64,000 nucleotides of DNA from a virus (IMGVR_UViG_3300012007_000011:155-64154); one strand, 5' to 3'. Positions 8,801 to 18,090 are shown, numbered from the stretch's first letter. The notes: a model not told the origin generated them from the sequence alone. Numbers and translations are program-made.

Positions 8801-9658
8801 ATGAACAAGAAAAAATTGATAGACATTTTTAATATTGATAAACCCAACATTTGTTTTGTTGGTGATATACATGGTGAATTTAATTCACTGCAAGGTTTAA
8901 TGAAGAAAACAAATTTCAAAGATACTGCCTATATTGTGTGTGGTGATATTGGTTTTGGCTTTAATAAGAAAGAATATTATTCCAAAATCTTCAATAAACT
9001 GACAAAAACAGCCTCCAAACTTAATTGTGAATTTATTTTTATTAGGGGTAATCACGATGATAAGAAATATTTTGACAAACGTTTAATCAACAGAAAATGT
9101 TTTAAGACAATTCCTGATTATTCCGTCATACAGACACCTTTATATAATGTATTGTGTATTGGTGGTGCAATTTCAATTGACAGAACATATAGAAAATTGG
9201 TTTTAAAGGAAAATGCTTTGAAATATTCTATTTATCATGGTTGCACTCCCAATGAAGCTGAGAAGTTATGTCAGCAAGTATATTGGGATGATGAACCTTG
9301 TTACTATGATGAAGAGAAATTAACGCAATTAAAACTAAATAACATAAACATTGATATTGTTTGTACCCATACATGTCCGTCATTCACAAAACCCTTTGGA
9401 AAAGAAAATATTGGCTATTGGTTATCCAAAGATGAAAGCCTTGAACGTGATATTGACAATGAGCGTGAGGTAATGGATAAGGTTTATAATAAACTTAAAA
9501 CAGACGGTCACACCCTTGATATGTGGTTCTATGGACATTTTCATTATCATAACGTGCAATTTGTTGATAAGACTAAATTTGTAATGCTTGATATGTATCG
9601 TAACGGAAACTATGACATTTATGATGTTTACAATACAAAAGAAACTATTTATAATTGA
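8801..9658 (+). CDS. calcineurin-like metallophosphoesterase
   Basis: GDIHG, GDIGFG and GNHDD motifs in canonical order. Confidence 0.6.
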   Translation: MNKKKLIDIFNIDKPNICFVGDIHGEFNSLQGLMKKTNFKDTAYIVCGDIGFGFNKKEYYSKIFNKLTKTASKLNCEFIFIRGNHDDKKYFDKRLINRKCFKTIPDYSVIQTPLYNVLCIGGAISIDRTYRKLVLKENALKYSIYHGCTPNEAEKLCQQVYWDDEPCYYDEEKLTQLKLNNINIDIVCTHTCPSFTKPFGKENIGYWLSKDESLERDIDNEREVMDKVYNKLKTDGHTLDMWFYGHFHYHNVQFVDKTKFVMLDMYRNGNYDIYDVYNTKETIYN

Positions 9659-9687
9659 TATAATGTATTAATATTTGTTGTAAAATC

Positions 9688-10170
9688 ATGAAACAAACAA
9701 TAAGATTAACAGAATCAGAACTTAGAAATCTGATTACTAAGACAGTAAAAAGAGTTTTAAAAGAAAATAAAATAAATGAAGTAAGTGGTTGGACGCTTGA
9801 AAAAGATGATGTTACATGGGTAAATGATGCGGAAAGTGGTGCTTCTGATAAGGCTTGGATGGTAAGACTTTGGCCAGGTAGTGGCTATATTCTTCCTGCA
9901 TTTGGCGCATATGCTTCTTCAGAAGAAGATGCCCTTGAAAAAGTTGTAGCATATCTTGACCAAGAAGGTGATGATAGTTTCTTCTGTGACGATTATATCG
10001 ACCAAATGAGAGAGGAATTGGCAGAAGAAGGTAAAAACGAAGAGGAAATAAACGAAGAAATACAAGCAATGTTTTGTTATGTTGATGCAACAATGGATGG
10101 TGGTGAATGTCATTATGTATTTTGGGAAAATTTGAGTGTTTATCCATATGATGAAAAAAGGTTTAGGTAA
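9688..10170 (+). CDS. hypothetical protein with a conserved N-terminal I.L.ESEL.N.I..TVK.VL.E motif
   Basis: N-terminal 30 aa paralogous to 13173..13511; acidic C-terminal half. Confidence 0.45.
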   Translation: MKQTIRLTESELRNLITKTVKRVLKENKINEVSGWTLEKDDVTWVNDAESGASDKAWMVRLWPGSGYILPAFGAYASSEEDALEKVVAYLDQEGDDSFFCDDYIDQMREELAEEGKNEEEINEEIQAMFCYVDATMDGGECHYVFWENLSVYPYDEKRFR

Positions 10171-10195
10171 AACAAAATAAATAAAAAGTTAATTT

Positions 10196-11017
10196 ATGCA
10201 AATTAATAACAATTGTGAGATTTATAATGGTGACTGCATAGAAGTAATGCAGGAAATAATAGATAAAGGTGTTAAGGTGGATTTGACTGTTACAAGTCCA
10301 CCTTATGATAACCTTAGAAGTTATGAAAATGAAGTGACGTGGGATTTTGAGAAATTTAAGGATGTGGCTAACAAACTATATGAAATAACTGCTGATGGTG
10401 GTGTTGTTATATGGGTTGTAAATGACCAAGTAAGAAATGGTTCTGAGACAGGTACTTCATTTAAACAAGCACTTTATTTCATGGAAATTGGTTTCAGATT
10501 GCATGATACGATGATTTTTCAAAAAGCAAACTATATTCCTTTGACACATAACAGATATGAACAGTCATTTGAATATATGTTTTGTTTCTCAAAAGGTAAA
10601 CCAAAGACATTTAATCCCATTATGATTCCTTGTAAAAACGCAGGAAAGGTTGAAAGTTATGGTAATGAAAGACGTTCATTGTTAGACAAGAAGCAAGCGA
10701 TGAGAGCACCTGAGGGTAAAACTTTTATGAAGACAAAAGACACCAAGTATCACCCTAATATTTTTACATATACACTTGGTGGTCAAAAAACAGGACACCC
10801 TGCTGTGTTTCCTGACAAGTTGGCAGAAGACCAAATAATAACTTGGTCAAATGAAAATGATTTGGTTTTTGACCCATTTATGGGAAGTGGAACAACTGGT
10901 AAAATGGCAATAATAAATAATAGAAGATTTATTGGTGTTGAACTTGTAAAAGACTATTATGATATTTCAGTCAGAAGAATTGAAAATGAAACACAAATAG
11001 AAAAAGCAGCCTTTTGA
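10196..11017 (+). CDS. DNA methyltransferase (beta-class N6A/N4C; motif IV SPPY before motif I)
   Basis: TVTSPPYDN (motif IV) and VFDPFMGSGTTG (motif I) near the C-terminus; paralogous to 20184..20984. Confidence 0.7.
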   Translation: MQINNNCEIYNGDCIEVMQEIIDKGVKVDLTVTSPPYDNLRSYENEVTWDFEKFKDVANKLYEITADGGVVIWVVNDQVRNGSETGTSFKQALYFMEIGFRLHDTMIFQKANYIPLTHNRYEQSFEYMFCFSKGKPKTFNPIMIPCKNAGKVESYGNERRSLLDKKQAMRAPEGKTFMKTKDTKYHPNIFTYTLGGQKTGHPAVFPDKLAEDQIITWSNENDLVFDPFMGSGTTGKMAIINNRRFIGVELVKDYYDISVRRIENETQIEKAAF

Positions 11018-11031
11018 GACTGCTTTTTTAT
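11005..11031. terminator. weak bidirectional terminator
   Basis: AGCAG..CTGCT stem followed by a T-run between convergent genes; imperfect. Confidence 0.3.
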
Positions 11032-11032
11032 T

Positions 11033-11619
11033 TTATTTTTCCCATCTAAATGCTTGATTATTATAAGAATATATTGTATCTACAATATCACTATTCAAAG
11101 AATTGTTATTACAGTCAGCAAACGCATAGTCAGCAATTGTTGTAATAGAATCTGGTATATTAATTGTTTCTAAATTATCACAAAATCCGAAAGCATAACT
11201 TTCAATAGTGGTGACAGCATTATCAAGTGTAACTGATACAAATGCACAGTCACTAAAAGCCTTTCGGCCGATGACTGTGGGGTTTTTTAATGTGTATCTA
11301 ACAGTATGTTCACCAACAGACAACTGATATTCACCATACACTCTATCAAGGTCAGCAATTGACACCTCAACACCATCAACCTCAATTTTTTTAAATAATG
11401 AAGTAGGCGATACATTGCCATATAATTTTGTTGGAGAAGTTGCATCCTCTACATTAAATATAGCAATAACAGGTCCGGGTAGAACAATTGGGTTATAATG
11501 TACATCATTTTCCTCAATGCAATGTGACACGTTAGGTTTTATGAATGGGGTGTCTCCCCCCCCCCAATAAACGTTTCGTATTGGGTATGGTTTTCAAAAA
11601 GTTTTAAATATTTAGGCAT
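11033..11619 (-). CDS. poly-G-interrupted BspA-type leucine-rich-repeat adhesin-like gene (locus B), out of frame in this sequence
   Basis: ATG at 11619 gives MPKYLKLFENHTQYETFIGGG, then a G10 tract (C10 at 11556..11565), then a stop. Adding 1 G joins it to the 165-aa ORF 11033..11530. That ORF carries LRR units (IGRKAFSDCAFVSVTL / IESYAFGFCDNLETINIPDSITTIADYAFADC). Confidence 0.55.
11490..11619 (-). repeat. ~130-bp conserved 5' module shared with 1876..2005
   Basis: See locus A. Confidence 0.8.
11556..11565 (-). repeat. homopolymeric G10 tract (C10 on + strand) inside the coding sequence
   Basis: Counted directly; same phase (1 mod 3) as the locus A tract. Confidence 0.9.
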
Positions 11620-11764
11620 AGTTCCTTTTTTTAATTTATTATTTATTATAAATAGTTTAGTACTCTATCACTAAGTTTTATTGTTTTCTTCATATTAATA
11701 TTGCGTATACCTTTATTCATAAATAAATATGGAATTGAATATTAAAAAAAAAAACAATAAATAT

Positions 11765-11795
11765 TTTGTTAATTCACATTATTGAATTATATTTG
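11765..11795 (+). promoter_or_regulatory. Bacteroidetes-type promoter (TTTG-N19-TATATTTG)
   Basis: Motif match; ~100-nt leader before metK. Confidence 0.5.
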
Positions 11796-11894
11796 CAAAC
11801 AGAGGAAAGATTTGGGGCATATTGCAACCTCTTTAAAAATGCTAAAAAGTCCCATTTAATAAATTATTTGTTTAACTTTTTAAATATTGATTAA

Positions 11895-13079
11895 ATGGTA
11901 AAAAGAATTAGTGAGAATGGAAACAAACTCATTGCAAGCGAGTTTGTTAGTTTTGGACATCCCGACAAGATTGCTGACCAAATTGCTGATGCAATTGTTG
12001 ATAATTTTTTGGCACGTGATAAAAATGCACGTACAGGAATTGAAGTCTTGGTTAAGGATAATATTGTTGTCCTTGGTGGTGAGGTTAATTCAACAGCAAG
12101 TTTCGATTATGAAAAAATTGTTCGTTTTGTTTTTTCTGAACTTAATTTTCCGTCAAATCATCATTTGTCACCGGATGAAATTAAAATTATTAACTTGATT
12201 GGAAAACAGTCAGAGGAAATACATAGTGGTGTTGACAAGGTAGATGAAATTGGGGCAGGGGACCAGGGATTCATGGTTGGCTACGCTACAAATGAAACAA
12301 GTGTATATATGCCTCTTGGACATTACATTGCTAAGAAAATCTGTAATTATGTTGCAAATTGTAGTCAATTGGGTCCTGATACTAAATCACAAGTTATTAT
12401 AGAATATGATAGTAATAACAAGGCAATAGGTATTCATAGCATTCTTGTTTCCACTATGCACCAATGTTCTCTTGAAGTGTGTCGTGAACGTGTAACTAAC
12501 GCAATTATGAATAATTTGGTTGGTATTGATAAGGATATCTATGAAAAATTCATAAAGGATAAAAATGTTAGAGTTGATGTAAATCCTTGTGGTTCTTGGC
12601 AAATTGGCGGTCCGATTTCTGATTGTGGAATTACAGGACGAAAATTGGTGGTAGATTCCTATGGTGGTTATTGTAACGTTGGTGGTGGCAATTACAGTGG
12701 TAAGGATTTCTCAAAGGTTGACCGTTCAGGTGCATATATGGCACGTTATCTTGCAAAGAACATTGTTGCAAGTGGCTTCTGTGATACTTGCCGTGTTACC
12801 TTGTCGTATATGATTGGTGTTGCACAACCTTGTTCCGTTGAAATTGATGTCAATCGTAATTTTGACAAACTTCCACAATTGAAAAAATGGATTTTGGAGA
12901 ATATTGATTTAACTCCAAATGGAATTACAGAAAGATTGCGTCATGGTGTGCTTTTATATGATTGTTCAAAATACGGACATTTCGGTTTTAAAGACAAAAA
13001 AGACAAAGATGTAATAACACTTCAAGAAAGAAAGTGGGAAAATCTTGACCTTGTTGAAGACTTGAAACAATTTGTATAA
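11895..13079 (+). CDS. metK: S-adenosylmethionine synthetase
   Basis: EFVSFGHPDKIADQIADAIVD matches MetK ESVSEGHPDKIADQISDA; GAGDQGFMVGYA matches MetK GAGDQGLMFGYA; 394 aa. Confidence 0.85.
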   Translation: MVKRISENGNKLIASEFVSFGHPDKIADQIADAIVDNFLARDKNARTGIEVLVKDNIVVLGGEVNSTASFDYEKIVRFVFSELNFPSNHHLSPDEIKIINLIGKQSEEIHSGVDKVDEIGAGDQGFMVGYATNETSVYMPLGHYIAKKICNYVANCSQLGPDTKSQVIIEYDSNNKAIGIHSILVSTMHQCSLEVCRERVTNAIMNNLVGIDKDIYEKFIKDKNVRVDVNPCGSWQIGGPISDCGITGRKLVVDSYGGYCNVGGGNYSGKDFSKVDRSGAYMARYLAKNIVASGFCDTCRVTLSYMIGVAQPCSVEIDVNRNFDKLPQLKKWILENIDLTPNGITERLRHGVLLYDCSKYGHFGFKDKKDKDVITLQERKWENLDLVEDLKQFV

Positions 13080-13089
13080 TCATGTTGAA

Positions 13090-13127
13090 ATTAACCTCTG
13101 TTTTCTTTATGACAGAGGTTAATTTTC
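13090..13127 (+). terminator. rho-independent terminator
   Basis: TTAACCTCTGTC..GACAGAGGTTAA hairpin followed by TTTTCC, directly after metK. Confidence 0.65.
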
Positions 13128-13172
13128 CCTTTAAGATACTATTTATTTTTAAATATCTATTAATAAAATATT

Positions 13173-13511
13173 ATGGGAAAAATAGTGCATTTGAATGAAA
13201 GTGAATTGAAAAATATTATAGATGAAACAGTAAAAAAAGTGTTAAGTGAAGGAAAAACAAATTCATTTATTAATGAGGTTCGTAATTTCAATTCCATAAT
13301 AGATAAAACAAACAAGACCTTAAATGAAAGCAGCATTAACAGAATGTTGCAATGGCTGAAAAATTGTGACTGTGCTTTCATTAGTGCATTCAGGAATGAA
13401 TTGAAAGATGTTAGAGACATGAATGCGACTTATCTTGGACCTGACAATGAAAATCCGTGGCAATTGGAAAAGAATTTACCCATGAGGAAAATCGTCAGAA
13501 AAATAAGTTAA
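13173..13511 (+). CDS. hypothetical protein sharing the N-terminal motif with 9688..10170
   Basis: MGKIVHLNESELKNIIDETVKKVLSEGK versus MKQTIRLTESELRNLITKTVKRVLKENK. Confidence 0.45.
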   Translation: MGKIVHLNESELKNIIDETVKKVLSEGKTNSFINEVRNFNSIIDKTNKTLNESSINRMLQWLKNCDCAFISAFRNELKDVRDMNATYLGPDNENPWQLEKNLPMRKIVRKIS

Positions 13512-14119
13512 TGGTTGCTGAATTGTTACAATTAGGATATGGTGTTACAAAGGTAAAAGGTGTATATCCAGAAGGAATGACAGATGAAACATCAGAGGAA
13601 AGTTATTTGGTTGTCAATCGTAATGATGACAAGAACTTTTTGAATAACTTATTGCGTATTTCTGAATATTATAATCAAGATTCAATTTATTATAAAGAAA
13701 AGGGTAAAACAAAGGGTAATTTGATTGGCACTAATGATAACGGTTTCCCCGAATACCACCAAAAAGGTGAAGATAGTGAAATGAAAACCAGTACCGCTTC
13801 AAACTATATGTCAAGAATGGGTAATAAAGCGTTTTCTTTTGTTGGAAAGGATGCAGAAAAAGTAAATAACCGCAAAGAAGCAATGGATAGTATTGAAAAA
13901 AGTAGAGGTACTGATGATGAATGGAGACAAAGATATTGGCGTGACAATGACGGTACTTCATTTAGGGGACGTAAGGAAAACCGCAAAAATAAAATGTCTG
14001 AGGCTGTTAACTTTTGGAGAAACATGGTAGATGGCAAAATGATTATAAAAGAAGATATCCATCCATTGACAAGAAAAACAATGGGGGAGGCTTTGAGAAA
14101 AATGAGAAACAAGAAATGA
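13511..14119 (+). CDS. hypothetical protein (~202 aa)
   Basis: TAATG overlap with the upstream gene; start chosen at that ATG. Confidence 0.4.
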   Translation: MVAELLQLGYGVTKVKGVYPEGMTDETSEESYLVVNRNDDKNFLNNLLRISEYYNQDSIYYKEKGKTKGNLIGTNDNGFPEYHQKGEDSEMKTSTASNYMSRMGNKAFSFVGKDAEKVNNRKEAMDSIEKSRGTDDEWRQRYWRDNDGTSFRGRKENRKNKMSEAVNFWRNMVDGKMIIKEDIHPLTRKTMGEALRKMRNKK

Positions 14120-14901
14120 ACATTAAAAGAATACAAGAATTATATACATATAATCCGTCAAAGGGTATTATAAAGGAAGCCTATGGTGATGTAGATACAA
14201 GTAATTATATTTGTATTGGAGAAGTACCATATGACCCTTGGTTGAATGGTACTAAAAAACTGTATATAATGGTAAGTCCACAAAAGATAATGAAATATGG
14301 ACGAGAAGAATATGACGTAAGATATACAAAAAATAGTGATGGTAGTGGCGGTCAGATAGAAAGCATTCCAACAAATGTAAAGCATAATGCAGTAATCTAT
14401 CCGGAACATCAAGATGATGAATATGGTGAGATTTTTCTTGGTAAAAGAAAAGATAAGGATTTGTTAATTCAACAACATAAAGAATTTGAATCCAAACTCT
14501 TTAAATCCGGTGACAACATTATATTACATCACAATAGTTCTTTTAAGGTGAATGATGGTTTTGTCAAAAAAGGAAAGCCAAATGGATGGTCAAATAATTC
14601 AGATAAAGGAATATACTTTTGGGGAAGTAGAACAGGCGGAAAAGACCCATCTAATGGAGGATTGTATACATATTATTGCTTAATTAAAAAAGGAGATTTA
14701 TACGACCTTGAAACCAATGAAGAAAGACTTAGTTTGGAACAAGCAATGAAAAAATATCCCTATGTCGGCCAAAATTGGCAAGATGAGGAAAATGTAATTG
14801 TGGTTAATACTTATCAGCCCACACCAATTTGGTGCATTCTTGATACACAAACAGGTAAATGGTATGATAAGGATTGGAATGAGATACAAAAACCTTTTTA
14901 A
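14116..14901 (+). CDS. hypothetical protein (~261 aa)
   Basis: ATGA overlap start. Confidence 0.4.
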   Translation: MNIKRIQELYTYNPSKGIIKEAYGDVDTSNYICIGEVPYDPWLNGTKKLYIMVSPQKIMKYGREEYDVRYTKNSDGSGGQIESIPTNVKHNAVIYPEHQDDEYGEIFLGKRKDKDLLIQQHKEFESKLFKSGDNIILHHNSSFKVNDGFVKKGKPNGWSNNSDKGIYFWGSRTGGKDPSNGGLYTYYCLIKKGDLYDLETNEERLSLEQAMKKYPYVGQNWQDEENVIVVNTYQPTPIWCILDTQTGKWYDKDWNEIQKPF

Positions 14902-14974
14902 TATATTTTGTTATCTGGGTTTTTTGCATTATATTTGTTCACAGACAATAAAGTTTGTGAACATTTATTTTTTA

Positions 14975-15754
14975 GTGGAAATTTTTAAATTTGATATTAA
15001 CAAATGTATAGAGTGTAAGAAAATATTAAACAGCAATGCGAAATCAAGAACAATATATAAGACTAAATGTTCTTATAGCAGATTTATAGGTAATTGCACT
15101 AATCTTTATTACAAGTTAAAACCAACCAATTATTTTGATTTTTATGAGAAGGAATTGAAATATGCTGAAGAAAATCATGACTTACCAATTGAGGAAAGGG
15201 GTTTGACATATGAGGAATTTTATATGTTAGCACACAAATATAAAGTGCTTCTTGAAGACTGTACGACATTGAAATATGATATCAGCGTTTACTTCTATTC
15301 ATTGGTTTGTCATGCGATTGTTGAGACATTTGTCGGTCAAAAGAAAGAAGAAACAATAATGAAATACATATCAGACAAAGGTTTTACAGTAAATAAGGTA
15401 GAAGGTAAAAAGGATGCAAAATATGGAGTCGATATTGAAGTGTTTGGTAAAGGACAACATTTCTATTTACAAGTAAAACCTATTTCATTTTTTAAATCTG
15501 AATATCCCGATACACATGAAGATAGAATTGATGCATGTAGAAAAAGAGAAGAAGTATTGAAATTAGAGGGGCTTGACACATATTATATAATATACGATTT
15601 GGATTGGGAAACATCACAGATTAAATGGGTTAATAATAAAAACAGTGGTATTTTATTCAAAATAAACGACTTGTTTGACTATGATAAAGATAATATTAAA
15701 TCCACACTTATTAGGCATCAGTTACCAACAGAAGAAATAATAATAGGTTTTTAG
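14975..15754 (+). CDS. hypothetical protein with a Cys-cluster (zinc-ribbon-like) N-terminal region; start uncertain
   Basis: The frame stays open from a TATATTTG promoter at ~14930 and has no ATG before 15224. A GTG start at 14957 or 14975 is possible; the ORF-track start at 14798 lies inside the upstream gene. Confidence 0.3.
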   Translation: MEIFKFDINKCIECKKILNSNAKSRTIYKTKCSYSRFIGNCTNLYYKLKPTNYFDFYEKELKYAEENHDLPIEERGLTYEEFYMLAHKYKVLLEDCTTLKYDISVYFYSLVCHAIVETFVGQKKEETIMKYISDKGFTVNKVEGKKDAKYGVDIEVFGKGQHFYLQVKPISFFKSEYPDTHEDRIDACRKREEVLKLEGLDTYYIIYDLDWETSQIKWVNNKNSGILFKINDLFDYDKDNIKSTLIRHQLPTEEIIIGF

Positions 15755-15773
15755 CAATTTTTAACACAATTTT

Positions 15774-15805
15774 TTTGGTCATTTAAAAATAAATTCATAT
15801 TTTTG
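15774..15805 (+). promoter_or_regulatory. Bacteroidetes sigma-A type promoter (TTTG-N20-TATTTTTG)
   Basis: Motif and spacing match; TTTTAAC module upstream. Confidence 0.6.
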
Positions 15806-15854
15806 CATTGAAAAAGTTAATTAAATATATTGTTTAACATTTATTTTTAAAGAA

Positions 15855-16226
15855 ATGACGGAAGAAAAAGTTAAAGAATTTGAAAATTTGTACAACGAGT
15901 TTCTTACAAAGTGTAAGAAGGTTTGTGAAGAATTACAACGTTTGGAAGGTGGCTATGGTTATTGTAATGAATTTATACCTATGGGCGATGATGTGTATTG
16001 TCATGGACATGAATATTGGAGTTATGGAGGTCATCAGGAACATGAAAAATATTTTCCAACAATGTTATTGACCTATACAGAAGAAGAGGTTAAAAACTAT
16101 GTTGATAATATTTTGACGTTGGAAGAAGAAGAAGAACGTAAAAAAGCAGAACGTTTGAAAGAAGAGAAAGAAAAGAAAGAAATGGCTGAATATCAGCGTT
16201 TAAAAGAGAAATTTGAAAAAAAGTAA
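15855..16226 (+). CDS. hypothetical protein (Glu/Lys-rich coiled-coil C-terminus)
   Basis: ORF after the promoter. Confidence 0.45.
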   Translation: MTEEKVKEFENLYNEFLTKCKKVCEELQRLEGGYGYCNEFIPMGDDVYCHGHEYWSYGGHQEHEKYFPTMLLTYTEEEVKNYVDNILTLEEEEERKKAERLKEEKEKKEMAEYQRLKEKFEKK

Positions 16227-16234
16227 GAGAAAAT

Positions 16235-16537
16235 ATGGTAGAACCGATTAGTCCAAGTGACGTTAAAAAGTTTATCCCCGATTTTATAATTGAAACTGTG
16301 AATAAACTTATTGTGGAAAAGTGGGATGGTGATAAAGCAATCATCTTACAGGATGATATTATGGATATAGTTTCAAGCGATGACCCAGACATTGATAAAC
16401 CTTCAAGACGAGAGGTTTTTGATAAAGGATGGTTGGACTTTGAACCACTTTATAGAAAAAAGGGTTGGGATGTTGAATATGACAAACCCGGATATAATGA
16501 ATTTTATAAAGCACGTTTTATTTTTAAAAAGAAATAG
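16235..16537 (+). CDS. hypothetical protein (100 aa)
   Basis: ORF. Confidence 0.4.
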   Translation: MVEPISPSDVKKFIPDFIIETVNKLIVEKWDGDKAIILQDDIMDIVSSDDPDIDKPSRREVFDKGWLDFEPLYRKKGWDVEYDKPGYNEFYKARFIFKKK

Positions 16538-16543
16538 TATTTT

Positions 16544-18055
16544 ATGAGAACAGTTTATTTAAAGAATTTTAGAAAGGGATTTGCTACAAACAGTAGTTCA
16601 ACTCATTCTGTCATATACCGTAATAAAGAGGATTTATTCAAAGATTTGGATATTTTTGAATTAAACTATTATGATAGATTTGACAATACGATTGCGGCTT
16701 CAAAAGAAGCAAAAATCAAGTATGTTGCAGCCAATATTATGTGGCATGACAAATTATATGAAATAATGTCGTTGTATTATCCACAGATGAATGAATACAA
16801 AGAACTTATCAAAGAAACCAAAAATAAAGAAACATTATATGGTGATGATGAAAAGTTTGGAATGTATGCAAGGGGTAGACTGTATTTCGGTAATAGTAAA
16901 TACTTGGAGGCAAGTATTGATTATCTTCGTAATGTTATAGATAATGACGATATAATCATAGTTGGTGGTTCTGATGAAACTGATTTTGTTTGGGAAACCA
17001 TTGAAGGACATAAAACATTACCGCAACCAGATGAAATAAATGACTACAATGATAACTGTAATATTGTTAAAAATGGAAATTATTGGGTTGGTTTTGGCTA
17101 TAATGGAAAAGTGAGATTTTCTAATAGTAACGATAAATGTATTCCGAGTTATCCGGAACTGATTGACTTGAAAATTACAAATCAGTGTGACCACGGATGT
17201 AATTTTTGCTACATGGATTCGAATATGCAAGGAAAACATGCAGATATTAATTTTCTTAAAAAAATCATTAGTAGATTGTCTTCAAATGACAGTAATACCT
17301 ATGACACACGTGTTGAATTTTCAATCGGTGGCGGTAATGTACTTTTGTATCCACATCTTGAAGAGTTGTTTAGTTTCATGAAGGAGAAAAGACATATCAT
17401 TAATACAACAATTAATGTTAAGGATTGTCAGAAAATCTTAAATGACTCTAACTTACTTAAAGTTTTTAAAAAATATGTCAATGGAATTGGTGTATCAGTA
17501 AATTCTGATGAAAACATTAACGATGTTAAAGAATTAAAGGAAAAATTGAATGACACAAGCAATTATCCTTATTACACTTATAAAGAGATTGTAATACATA
17601 TGATACCAGAACTTCTTGGCAGGGAAAAAACCAAAAATCTTTTGAAAAAACTTTATGATAATAATTTATATGACATACTTTTCCTTGGTTATAAGACAAA
17701 TGGACGTGGTGTGACACAAAAGCACAATAGGCTAACAAATGAAGATTTAAGTTATATTCTTGAAGATGCTTATAGTATAAATGTTGACACAACATTTGCG
17801 AATACATACAAAGATTGGCTGCAAAACAATTTTGATATTAAATATAGTATCACGTTTGATGAAGGCGAATATAGTATGTATATTGATGGCGTTACAGAAA
17901 ATGCTTACAAATCTTCTTATCAACTTGACAAACCATATAATCTGACTTGTACAACTATGAATTGGCAAGCAAAAAATAAAGAATGGTTCGAAGTAATAGA
18001 TGCATTCAAAAACATAAGAAAAGACAATGGTTTTGAAAATATAGAAAAAGAATAA
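16544..18055 (+). CDS. radical-SAM protein (503 aa) with a ~200-aa N-terminal extension
   Basis: CDHGCNFCY is a CX3CX2C radical-SAM cluster motif; Gly-rich IGGGNVLLYP SAM-binding motif. Confidence 0.6.
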   Translation: MRTVYLKNFRKGFATNSSSTHSVIYRNKEDLFKDLDIFELNYYDRFDNTIAASKEAKIKYVAANIMWHDKLYEIMSLYYPQMNEYKELIKETKNKETLYGDDEKFGMYARGRLYFGNSKYLEASIDYLRNVIDNDDIIIVGGSDETDFVWETIEGHKTLPQPDEINDYNDNCNIVKNGNYWVGFGYNGKVRFSNSNDKCIPSYPELIDLKITNQCDHGCNFCYMDSNMQGKHADINFLKKIISRLSSNDSNTYDTRVEFSIGGGNVLLYPHLEELFSFMKEKRHIINTTINVKDCQKILNDSNLLKVFKKYVNGIGVSVNSDENINDVKELKEKLNDTSNYPYYTYKEIVIHMIPELLGREKTKNLLKKLYDNNLYDILFLGYKTNGRGVTQKHNRLTNEDLSYILEDAYSINVDTTFANTYKDWLQNNFDIKYSITFDEGEYSMYIDGVTENAYKSSYQLDKPYNLTCTTMNWQAKNKEWFEVIDAFKNIRKDNGFENIEKE

Positions 18056-18060
18056 AACTG

Positions 18061-18090
18061 ATATCCCAAGATTTTTCTTGGGATATTTTG
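18061..18090 (+). terminator. rho-independent terminator
   Basis: ATATCCCAAG..CTTGGGATAT hairpin followed by TTTTG. Confidence 0.65.

Noticed and set aside
14798-15223. 5' extension of ORF 14798..15754 as called by the ORF track.
   Set aside because: The first 140 nt overlap the upstream gene and a promoter lies at ~14930. The real start is probably downstream, at a GTG ~14957/14975 or the ATG at 15224.
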